Assembly (NCBI GenBank): GCA_964016885.1
Contig: OZ024743.1
Coordinates: 170,562,001-170,626,000, forward strand
Source of the DNA: Eledone cirrhosa
Taxonomy: Eukaryota
Reading direction: 5' to 3'
DNA length: 64,000 nt
The notes beneath the pieces were generated by a model that was given only the letters and a program-made list of their open reading frames with translations, was not told where the DNA came from and made no database searches. Position numbers and translations under genes: made by a program. This document shows positions 1-11,339 of this stretch, piece after piece. How positions within the stretch are numbered: position 1 is the first letter of the stretch; every line of letters begins with the position of its first letter.

Positions 1-412
1 GCTTTCACCCTTAACAGGATCTTCTGAAACTAAAAAAATCAATCTGTGAACGCAGAAGTAAATATTTCTAAAAACGTTGCAACCGAAGGAAAACAGGCAG
101 ACGATACTTTGGTTCGGAAAGACATTCCCGGTTTCCTAAATAAAATATACCATAAACGTGGTTTTGTCTTTGCGCGTAATTGTTCTCATCACCCCCTCAT
201 CACGATGTATTATCTTCGCTTTTTTCCGTTCATTGCTGGGGAACGTCTTCACAAGCCAAAGTATCGTCTACCTGTTTTCCTTCGGTTGCAACATTTTTCG
301 AAATATTTACTTCTGCGTTCACAGATTGATTTTTTTTAGTTTCAGAAGATCCCGTTAAGGGTGAAAGCAACGATTCTTTGCTTAAATTTGAATCTGTTAT
401 TTTAATAAATAT
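1..412. mobile_element. Fold-back non-autonomous element, cut by window edge; hammerhead-like motif at 338-388
   Basis: Bases 1-~130 are the reverse complement of ~238-368. The same arm sequence forms a perfect palindrome at 37244-37395. Confidence 0.7.
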
Positions 413-415
413 ATT

Positions 416-758
416 ATCATCATCATCATCATTTCATTTTACGTCTGCTTTTTCCCTGCTTGCAAGGGTGGGACGGGAACTGATTCTGGCTTGATTTCTA
501 CAGCTGGATGCCCTTCCTAATACCAACCTCATTTACAGTGAGTGGTGGGTGCTTTTTTGCCGTGGCATCTCCACGACCACTTTGCAGTGGAATGATATGG
601 ACCCCAGTCCCTATCATCTCATTTCTACAGCTGAGTAAACTGGAGCAATGTGAAATAAAGTGTCTTGCTCAAGGAAACAACACATCACCCGGTCTGAGAA
701 TTGAACTCACAACATTTCGATTGCAAGGCCAATGCTGTAACCACTAAGCCATGTGCCT
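416..758 (-). mobile_element. tRNA-derived SINE with RTE-LINE-derived 3' tail
   Basis: Minus-strand head has box A TGGCTTAGTGG and box B GAGTTCAATTC, then a CCTTGAGCAAGACACTT core. The 3' part matches the RTE 3'UTR at 5200-5430 and ends in (GAT)n. Confidence 0.8.
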
Positions 759-759
759 C

Positions 760-904
<145 letters not shown>

Positions 905-1015
905 AAAAAAGTGAAAACGAAATTTCATTTCTCAGTCTTAGTATGGCACTTACTTAAATGTAAGTATGTATGTATACGTACATACATATATGTATACAGA
1001 CGTACAGTACCACGC

Positions 1016-1050
<35 letters not shown>

Positions 1051-1314
1051 CATATATACACATATGCATACAGGTACACATACATATATGCACGCATCAG
1101 TTTAGCCGACGTTTATTATAACGCCGGCCGCTTTGTTCGTTTGTTTGTCAACAAAGCGAACAGCCTGAATTTATGCCATACGGTGTTAAGGCAACCACGT
1201 CACCTTTTTGTTCAACACTGACACTCACTCAATATGCAAATTAGGCTGCTCAGCCGTTAATTTTCATAAGGAAAGTATATACTTTCGAACGTTCAACTAT
1301 CTGGCAGATGGGTA

Positions 1315-1359
1315 AACGGTGCTGATGATAGCTAACAAGCTTGAAACTAGTACATCGTT
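1315..1359 (+). ncRNA. Minimal type I hammerhead ribozyme
   Basis: AACGGTG-CTGATGA-TAGC TAACAA GCTT-GAAA-CTAG-TA-CATCGTT: 7-bp stem I, canonical core, palindromic stem III, GUA cleavage triplet. Confidence 0.8.
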
Positions 1360-1530
1360 CCTGTGTCAGTGTTAAACAAAAAGGTGACGTGGTTGCCTTA
1401 ACACCGTATGGCATAAATTCAGGCTGTTCGCTTTGTTGACAAACAAACGAACAAAGCCGCCGGCGTTATAATAAACGTCGGCTAAACTGATGCGTGCATA
1501 TATGTATGTGTACCTGTATGCATATGTGTA

Positions 1531-1577
<47 letters not shown>

Positions 1578-1810
1578 GCGTGCTACTGTACGTCTGTATA
1601 CATATATGTACGTATACATACATACTTACATTTAAGTAAGTGCCATACTAAGAGTGAGAAAAGAAATTTCGTTTTCATTTTTTTCAACTTATCGTTTTCG
1701 GTATGCCTGACCGATTTAACTCACTCAATATGCAAATTAGGCTGCTCAGCCATTAATTTTCATAAGGAAAGTATATACTTTCGAACGTTCAACTATCTGG
1801 CAGATGGGTA

Positions 1811-1855
1811 AACGGTGCTGATGATAGCTAACAAGCTTGAAACTAGTACATCGTT
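1811..1855 (+). ncRNA. Minimal type I hammerhead ribozyme (second tandem copy)
   Basis: Identical to 1315-1359. Confidence 0.8.
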
Positions 1856-2017
1856 CCTGTGTCAGTGTTGAACAAAAAGGTGACGTGGTTGCCTTAACAC
1901 CGTATGGCATAAATTCAGGCTGTTCGCTTTGTTGACAAACAAACGAACAAAGCGGCCGGCGTTATAATAAACGTCGGCTAAACTGATGCGTGCATATATG
2001 TATGTGTACCTGTATGC

Positions 2018-2057
<40 letters not shown>

Positions 2058-2119
2058 GTATATGCGTGCTACTGTACGTCTGTATACATATATGTATGTA
2101 CGTATACATACATACTTAC

Positions 2120-2175
<56 letters not shown>

Positions 2176-2355
2176 TTTGTTTACCCTAGCGTCCCCCTTA
2201 TTTACGTGTCCCAACGGCTTTCTTTAGCCGTTGCTCGCACCAACCTGAGGTATATGGCCTTTAATGCGACGAAATACCTACAACGGCTGGAAGGCCACTG
2301 ATGAGGACAAACTTTTTCATATGTAACCCATTTGCAGCTCCGCAGCTCCATTATT

Positions 2356-2395
<40 letters not shown>

Positions 2396-2396
2396 C

Positions 2397-5300
2397 AGAC
2401 TAGTCCTGAATAAAACAATTACCACAATAATATCAGCTTACGCACCCAATCGGGGCTGCCAGACGAACTTAAGGATAGGTTTCACGAGTCGCTAATGCAC
2501 ACTACTGCTCTAACAGACGACAATGACTTCCTAATCATCGCAGGAGATTTTAACGGACACGTAGGTAAACACTGCGACGGCTTCAATAGAGTACATGGAG
2601 GTCATGGGGTTGGCACAAGAAATGAGGAAGGATTCAGACTTCTAGAATTCTGCGACGCCAATGACATGTCGATATGTAACGCAAACTTTAAAAAACCCGA
2701 CAACCACCTGATCACCTATAGATCAGGGGAACATGCCAGTCAGATAGATTTTATCCTCATCAGAGGACATGACAGATGGACGGTCGTAAACACAAAAGCC
2801 TTCCCTAGTGAGGAATGTACATCCCAACATAGCTTAGTTGTCAGCGACCTCACGGTCAGAACTAGACGGACCTGGAAACAGAGGCCAACCTGGAGAAGAA
2901 AGATCTGGAAGCTGAAAGTCCCCTCAACCAGTAACAGATTTAAAGATACTTTACTCAACGCCTACAACAGTAAAGAAGAACAAATAGAGACATTTAATGT
3001 AGAAGAGAACTGGAAGTTCGTAAAAAAAAATAATTTACTAGAGGCGACGGATGAGGTTTGTGGCTGGAGTAAGACCTCAAGCAGGAGGAGAGTGACTTGG
3101 TGGTGGAACAATAAGGTAGATGAAGCAGTTAAGGCCAAGAGACAGGCATGGAAAGAATGGAAGAATGGGGGGAGCAGGGTAAATTACATAGAGACCAAGA
3201 GGGAAGCTAGGCGACAAGTATACTTAGCTAGGAGGGAAGCAGAGGATAGAAAATTCAAGCATGTTTTGCAACGTGAGGACCAGAAACAAGAGGTATTCAA
3301 GATTGCGAGGCAGTGTGTCAGAGATAGTTGTGATGTCATTGGAGAGAAGTGTATCCGGAATGATAAAGGTGAGCTTGCCCTCACAAGTGCTGAGAAGAAA
3401 GATGCATGGAAGAGTCATTATGATAGATTACTAAATGAGGAGAATGCATGGGAAGAAGCGACCCTACCCCAAGTAGACCCTATAGAGGGGCCAGCAGTAC
3501 AAATCAGCAGCAACGTAGTAAGTAAGGCAATCAAAGATATGAAGATGGGGAAGGCAACCAGTCCATTGGGTATAGCTGCCGAGATGCTGAAGGCATCTGG
3601 GTCTGTAGGTCACACTATAACCTCACGTATTGTTAACAAGGTAATACTAGGTGTCATACCAAAAGATTGGTGCAGTAGCATAATTGTCAACTGCTACAAA
3701 GGTAAAGCGATGCACTAGATAGAGGAAACTATAGAGGTATAAAGTTGATGGACCAGGTCATGAAAGTAACAGAAAGAGTTATAGCACAGTTGATTAGGGA
3801 CCGGGTGAAAATAGACGAGATGCAATTTGGGTTTGTACCAGGAAGAGGCACCACTGATGCCCTCTTCCTTGTGAGGCAGTTACAGGAAAAGTACCTAGCT
3901 AAAAGTAAGCCACTCTACTTGGCATTTGTCGACCTTGAGAAAGCCTTTGACAGAGTTCCACGTGCTGTAATCTGGTGAGCTCTTAGAAAACTAGGAGTAG
4001 ATGAATGGCTTGTGAAAGCTGTACAAGCCATGTATAGGGGAGCAGTCAGCAAAGTTAGGATTAGCAATGACTATAGCGAGGAATTTAGCGTACAGGTTGG
4101 GGTCCACCAGGGCTCTGTTCTTAGCCCCCTCCTGTTCATCATAGTCCTGCAGGCAATAACGGAGGAGTTTAAGACCGGATGCCCATGGGAACTCCTGTAT
4201 GCTGATGACCTCGCACTCATAGCTGAATCTATGGTAGAACTAGAGAATAAATTCCAATCTTGGAAGCAGGGACTAGAAAGAAAGGGTCTCAAAGTCAACA
4301 TGACAAAGACTAAGGTCCTTAGAGAAAACAGAACCCAGATCCCCTCAGGGAAATGGCCTTGCTCAGTATGTAGGAAAGGTGTAGGTAGGAACTCCATTCT
4401 CTGCCCCAAATGCAAACAATGGGTACACAAGAGATGTAGCAGGATCTCAGGAAGCTTAATTAAGAATGTAGGCTTCACATGCAGCAGCTATGCTGAGACA
4501 GCAAGCAGCAAACAGCCACAGGAAACAAGTACCACCAATCTCTGGGAGGGCTCTGTAGAAACAGTAGACAGCTTCTGCTACCTAGGTGACCGAATCAGCA
4601 GCGGAGGTGGGTGTTCAGAAAGTACAATAACTAGGGTAAGAACGGGATGGAAGAAGTTTAGGGTACTACTACCACTGCTAGCTGCAAAAGGCTTTTCCCT
4701 CAGAATGAAAGGCAGACTGTATGATGCGTGTATCCGAACAGCAATGTTGCATGGTAGTTAGACCTGGGCGCTGAAGGTGGAAGACTTACCTAGATTAGAG
4801 AGAAACGAAGTCTGCATGCTCCGATGGATGTGTAACAGTAATATACGTGAACGACAAAGCATAAATGAATTGAGAGAGAGACTGAGCATAAGAGGAATCA
4901 AATGCTGTGTGCAGGAGAGGTGGTTGTGCTGGTATGGACATGTGATGCGTATGAAGGATGACAGCTGCATAAAAAGGTGCAGAGCACTAGAAGTTGATGG
5001 AAACCGCGGAGTGGGGAGACCCAAGATGATCTGGGATGAGGTGATAAAAGCCGACCTTACCCAATTACACCTCTCAAATGCAATGACACACGACCGTGAC
5101 CTCTGGCGCCACGCAGTAATACAGAGTACCCGACCTCCCATGGGTACAAGCTGAAGCATATAGACAATATGCCCCCACACCCCCCACCGCAAGGTGGTCG
5201 TGGAGGTGCCACGGCAAAAAAGCACCCAGCCCACACTGTAAAGTGGACATGTAGGTGCCACGAAAAAGCACCCAGCACTCACTGTAAATGAGGTTGGTGT

Positions 5301-5438
5301 TAGGAAGGGCATCCAGCTGTAGAAATCAAGCCAAATCAGTTCCTGTATGAGCAAGGCATGGTCAGCCGACCAGACACTGCCCACAACATGCTAGCGTGGG
5401 AGAACAGACGTAAAACGGTGATGATGATCATGATCATG
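2397..5438 (+). mobile_element. RTE-clade LINE, 5'-truncated, ORF nearly intact (AP endonuclease + RT), with stops and frameshifts
   Basis: ISAYAP, IAGDFNGHVG and QIDF endonuclease motifs; QFGFVPGRGTTDA, FVDLEKAFD, GVHQGSVLSPLLF, LYADD and FCYLG RT motifs in ORFs 2495-3718, 3745-3978, 4012-4761 and 4777-5154; (GAT)n tail. Confidence 0.93.
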
Positions 5439-5508
5439 AGATATATATATATATATACACGATATATTAACAAATGGAAACTATATTTATAAAACCATAT
5501 TTATTTCA

Positions 5509-5561
5509 TTATACATATTTCAAGGACACCAAGTTAAATTATGTGTGCTTTCATCAGATAA
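5509..5561 (-). ncRNA. Hammerhead ribozyme-like motif in a ~180-bp repeat (5459-5642; second copy 57744-57925)
   Basis: Minus strand TTAT-CTGATGA-AAGCACAC..GTGTCCTT-GAAA-TATG-TA-TAA; stem I is weak. Confidence 0.55.
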
Positions 5562-6825
5562 AATATAATATAGACCAGTTTTATAAATAAATATTGACAT
5601 ACCCTTAAAGAATGCGACCATTTCTGTTGGAAGCTCCCGGATAGTGGGGTTATAAATTTATTTACACTATTATGTAAATTAGTTTCAGATATTTTTAAAT
5701 CAGAGTAGATTTAAATGAGCCGTTGGGTTATGGAGAAAGAGAGAGAGAAAAAGAAGAGAGTTAGAAAAAAGAGCAAACTCTAAGAGGAGAATAAGAAAAA
5801 GAGAGAGAGAAAAGAAAAGAGAAAGCGAAAGCTCTAAGTGATAGGTTGTTGTATTATCTTAACTTTTGAGATGAAGTGAAAGAATAAATATTTAATGGAT
5901 GAATAGAGAAGTGTAAATAAGCGTGAATGGAAAATACATACATAATAGGAGAATTTTAACCAGTGTTTAAATATGATTAAATGTTTAGTTTATCATTTAA
6001 ATTATTGAGATCTATACATTAAAAATTGAGATCTATATATTATTAAGAAATCTATATATTATTAAGACTATATATTATTAAAAAATCTATATATTATTAA
6101 AAGAATATATTCTTATATATACATACGCACACACAAATATATATACATATAAATATATATACATACACCTACATATATATACATATACATACAAACTATA
6201 AAGGATTTTTTTAATTTAAGATATAGGAATTTTCATAAACTTATAGATTTTTTCGGAGAAAATCTTAGAAAAAACAGAGAAAATCATTTCTATGTAATAT
6301 CAAAACAGCGTGAAGGAAATTAAGTTATTTACTTATATTAAATGTTACAAATGTTAAGATAGTAACGGAAATTTTAGGTTATACACAACTTATGTTATTA
6401 TACAAATTTTTTAAAATATAAGTTTTATATCTAATAAATCCACTTGTTATGTAGTTGTGACTGTTATTATATAGGTTTGATTATCACGAACCTTAAGAAA
6501 ATCCTTATAAACGAGTGCAATCGAATTGTATGCACATATATATATATATACACACAATCCCCACATAGATACACATAGACGTACTTACACATATAGGTAG
6601 ATATGCATCACACATATATATATATACATACATACACACACACATATATATATATATATACATACATATATATATATACACACATACATATAGAGAGAAA
6701 GATATATAAATACAGTACATAGTATAATTGAAGTACATAATATATATAATATAAAATAAAATAAAAATAAAAAAGAATTATATTACGATTTGGAAATATA
6801 ATTATAAGCAATATAACTTTAAATC

Positions 6826-6947
<122 letters not shown>

Positions 6948-7544
6948 TAAAAACACCCTAATCCAGATGAGTGGGAATAACTTTTATTTAGTAACAGATA
7001 CACATGTTTCATTATATGCATTACATATAAGTGTTGGACTGCTAATATTTGATTATTTTAATCAAATTAACTCGCATCCACCTACTTAAAATAATGATTT
7101 CTAACATAGGCACAAAGCCAGTAATTTGAAGGGGAGGGGAAAGTCGATTAAATTGACCCCAGGGCATTACCCCGTAAGGGGTCGATAATAGGCAGTTACA
7201 ACAAATTTTCCAAGTGGAATGAGGATCTGTTCACAATAAAAAATATATAGAAGCAAGTATCAATGAATAGATAAGGGAAAAGGAAATAAGAAGAAAAAGA
7301 AAATAATAAGAAAAAATGAAAGGAAAATAAAATACAATGAGGAGAGGGTAAATGATAGAGAGAAAGTAATACATGAAAGAAAAATAGAATTTTAGTTGTA
7401 TCAGCAGCAGTCAGTAGTATAAATACAGTGCCCCTCAACGATGATAACAACAACAATCAATTAGTTCAATGTGCATCAATCAATCAATCTGACAGCTATA
7501 TGGTCCTTAAATGCTAATATCACAGCATTATTTCATAGCAGTGT

Positions 7545-7922
7545 GGATTGGCGGTGGATTGGCAGTATCGGTAGAGGGTCGGGCGCCATGCTTTCCAGCA
7601 TAGTTACGTCCCTTTACGATCTGAGTTCAAATCCCGCCAAGGTTGACTTTGCCTTTCATCCTTACGGGGTCGATAAAATAAAGTACCAGTAATGAACTGG
7701 GTAATTGCTGGCCGTGTGCCTAAAGTAGAAACAATTATTTCATAGCAGTGTCGGTAGAGGGCTGGACGCCATGCTTTCCAGCATAGTTACGTCCCTTTAC
7801 GATCTGAGTTCAAATCCCGCCAAGGTTGACTTTGCCTTTCATCCTTACGGGGTCGATAAAATAAAGTACCAGTAATACACTGGGTAATTGCTGGCCTTGT
7901 GCCAAAAGTAGAAACAATTATT
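7545..7922 (+). mobile_element. Two tandem copies of an octopus-type tRNA-derived SINE (Meta-domain-like core)
   Basis: Box B GAGTTCAAATCC, core GACTTTGCCTTTCATCCTTACGGGGTCGATAAAATAAAGTACCAG and an ATT tail; two near-identical units about 180 bp apart. Confidence 0.8.
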
Positions 7923-8587
7923 TCAAAGTAGTAGGGAGATACTGTCATATTATAGTAAATGAGTTATTGAAAGTAGAATAAGGAAATAAGTGAATAGGTT
8001 TTAGGTTCTAATCACTCATTAGTTAGGATCGTAATAAGAAAAAGTTCTAAATTGTTTGTTTACAATTAAAACTTCTCTCCTGACTTGTATTAATTAATTT
8101 TTTTGCCAGTTATTATGTGGTAAACCTCTAGAGCAAAGGTTCTCAACGGGGGGGGGGGATATGCACCCCCAGGGGGTGGGGCGTTTTGGAGCAGGGGGCG
8201 CTAGGGGGGCACTGGAAGGCTCTTTACTTTGGTAAGTTTTATAACCCATATTTGTATGTCTCTGAGACAGCCAGTGTGAATGCATTTGAATGAGCATGCA
8301 GACAGCATAACGATGGTCTGACCCCATCTGTAAGGAGGTGTGCAGGTTGTCTAGACATTAACTGGCAATTGAGATCCTAAAAATGGAAAAAACCCAGTCA
8401 ACTGGGTCAAGGACACTTTGAGCACAGCCAGTTAGAATCTTGTCTTTCCTTCACCGATAACAATGTATTTCATGTCTGAAATTATTGACTCAACCGTAAT
8501 GAATTAACACTATGTAGATCTATTTTATTCTCTATTGTATAAATAATATTACAAAAAAAAAAAAAGAAAAGAAAAAACACAGAAGCG

Positions 8588-8862
8588 GATAGCACACACA
8601 TCTAGGACCACATACAACACATAAGCAGGTAATACACACATCTAGGACCACATACAACGCACAAGCAGGTAATACATACAGCTGGGACCACAAGCAATAC
8701 ATAAGCAGGTAATACATACATCGAGGACTACATACAACACATAAGCAGGTAATACACACATCTAGGACCACATACAACACACAAGCAGGTAATACATACA
8801 GCTGGGACCTCATGCAATACATAAGCAGGTAATACATACATCTAGGACTACATACAACACAC
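8588..8862. repeat. 40-bp minisatellite, ~7 copies with 120-bp higher-order period
   Basis: Unit ACATAAGCAGGTAATACACACATCTAGGACCACATACAAC, with every third unit a GCTGGGACC variant. Confidence 0.9.
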
Positions 8863-10297
8863 ATTGTATCATGTGCTACGGACGAGACAAGAGCAATGGT
8901 CGGCCAACATAAGGGTTTCGTCACTCTTCTGAAGAGAGAAAATCTATCTGTATTTGCTGTTCATTGTGTCATTCATCGACAACACTTGGCTGCGAAGAAA
9001 CTCAGTGAGCCGCTGAGCAAGTCCTTGCAGGTGGCCATTGATGTCATCAATTTTATCAAACGCCATTCCCTCAATGAACAAATTTTTTGGCAACTGTGCC
9101 AAGATAATGACAAAGAATTCGTCAAGTTGCTCCTTCATACTGAAGTGAGGTGGCTTTCAAAGGGCCTTACATACTTCTTTGAACTGTTCGACTCTATCAT
9201 TGAGTTTCTTTGAGGACGCAACACAGAACTGTACAGGAAAACCCTCGATGTGAGGCAAGACTGCGCCTACCTCACTAACATCTTTGACAAATGCAATAGC
9301 GTCATTATGCCTTTGCAGGGGAAGAAGATGCTGTGAAAACATTCCTGGCCAAATTGAATGTCATCGAAAGGAATCTTTGTTGACGGGAATTCTATAATTT
9401 TCCTAGTGTCGCCAATGTTCAAAACATTGTAAGCGATGACCAACTCCAAATTTATACCACTCACCTCCATGCACTACAAGACAACATGAGAGAATGGTTT
9501 GTTGACCTTTTGCCGATGGACATCCCAATGTGGATAGCAGATCCATTCATAGCTACCGTTGACGATTTGGACGTTAAATTTCAGGAAGAATTCATTGAAC
9601 TTCAAACAGATGACATAATCAAAATTAGATTTCCCAAAATAGGTGAACCCCTTTTGGGGATGCAAGAGGAAATTCAGCGTCGATTTCCACTCCTACAAGC
9701 AGAGGCTATGCCTTTTCCAAGCTCATACTTAGTCGAGAGGAGGTTTGGTGCTGTTTCCAGACTGCACAGTAAGTCTCGCAACCACTACAATGTAATTACA
9801 TGTGGAGATAGCTGGCTACATCTTACGAAAATTCAACCTCACGTCAAAGAGTGAAGCTCAAGGGTTCCATTGAAATGAGGTCAAAGTTAAAGTAAGTTGA
9901 TTTATCCGAAAACTTGGATATGCTATTGTTACAAAGCAAACTAACAATTTTTTTATTTGTAGTTGCAGTCTGACTGCACTGGAAACCATCTACTACAATT
10001 TACTTACTCATTTGTTGTATATATTTTACCATTTACTAATAAATATACCCTCTTATATAGTCATGAAAACCCTCTTCCATGGTCTCTAAGCTCACAAAGC
10101 GGAGGAGACATTAAGTTAGATATCAACATTTATTCTGTCCGTTTCAATAAAGCGAAAATTGGAAAGCTTTGAAATGATATAATTGCCACTTTCTTCCAGA
10201 TAAGACCACTCTTTGGATAGACAGAGTTGCTCTTGTATAAATGTTCAAAATAGCTGGTATCGCCTGGTGGGAATATAACAAATTCAACTGGTCCTTC

Positions 10298-10722
10298 AGC
10301 AGCACCGTTTTACGTCCATTCTTCCACGCTAGCATGGTTTAGAGGGGTTGTCCTGTTGTGGGCAGTGTCCGGTCGACTGACCTTGTCTTTCTCATACAGG
10401 AACTGATTCTGGCTTGATTTCTACAGTTGGATGCCCTTCCTAACACCAACCTCATTTACAGTGAGTGCTGGGTGCTTTTTTTCGTGGCGCCTACACGTCC
10501 ACTTTTACAGTGTGGGCTGGGTGCTTCTTTTGCTGTGACACCTCCATGACCACTTTGCAGTGGAATGATAGGGACCCCAGTGCTATCATCTCATTTCTTC
10601 AGCTGAGTAAACTGGAGCAATGTGAAATAAACTGTCTTGTTCAAGGAAACAACACATCACCCGGTCCGAGAATTGAACTCACAACCTTTCGATTGCAAGC
10701 TCTAACCACTAAGCCATGCGCC
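10298..10722 (-). mobile_element. tRNA-derived SINE with RTE tail (same family as 416-758), inserted in the hAT
   Basis: High similarity to 416-758 across head, core and tail. Confidence 0.8.
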
Positions 10723-11339
10723 CTTTTTATTCATAAAAAAGAACATTTATGTTCCTTTTTTTGAAATTTATATATTTCCTTTCAAGGAATGTATTTATAC
10801 TCTCAGCTGCCTCCAATGGTATCTTTAATGTTAATCAATTTTTTAGTAATCAACTGATATCAAAATCAGTAGTATATTGAAAAATGGAAAAATAGGGAAG
10901 GGAGGCATTTCATGATTTCGAGGCACAAAAGGTGGCGTTTGGCTTAAATGGGTTGAGAACCTCTGCTCTAGAGTATGACAAGTTTTTGCCACTGATTGAT
11001 ATTTACGAGCAAATTCCAGGACAGACCAAGAAATCTTGTACTTTTTTGGGGGATTCTATCAATTCCAAAATTTTACCTGCCAGTGCTGTGGAGTTCCTTA
11101 GTTTCGAGTTCTTAAATGAATGTGTGTGTACATACCACTTTTTCTTGAAAAAGTTTGATGTTGTTCCTATATATTTGAATACGTAGTTGTGTACTTCGAT
11201 TTCACATTGGTATATTATGTTTTCACTCATACACTTATTCTGCAAGGAGTATGTATCCGGTTTCCTGCAGTTGCAATTCAAATGCTTCTGGTGGATAGGT
11301 TCCTTATTATTGGAGTTATTAGAGTAGTTACATAATTCG

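Larger units (their letters stand above)
8134..10965 (+). mobile_element. hAT (Charlie/Buster-type) DNA transposon with decayed transposase
   Basis: TIRs CAAAGGTTCTCAAC / GTTGAGAACCTCTG; 8-bp TSD CTCTAGAG (8126-8133, 10966-10973); HCVIHRQHLAAK, LLLHTEVRWLSKG and PFPSSYLVERRF motifs. Confidence 0.92.

Noticed and set aside
680-758. tRNA gene
   Set aside because: Box A/B present, but it is the head of a multi-copy SINE with no clean cloverleaf.
2295-2325. Hammerhead at CCACTGATGAGGAC
   Set aside because: Second strand of stem II and a properly placed GAAA/stem III are missing; at most a truncated relic.
2495-5154. Active autonomous LINE or domesticated RT gene
   Set aside because: 5'-truncated, with a frameshift near 3710 and in-frame stops at 3976-3978 and 4759-4761.
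8588-8862. Possible CRISPR array
   Set aside because: Contiguous tandem units without unique spacers, eukaryotic context and no cas genes.
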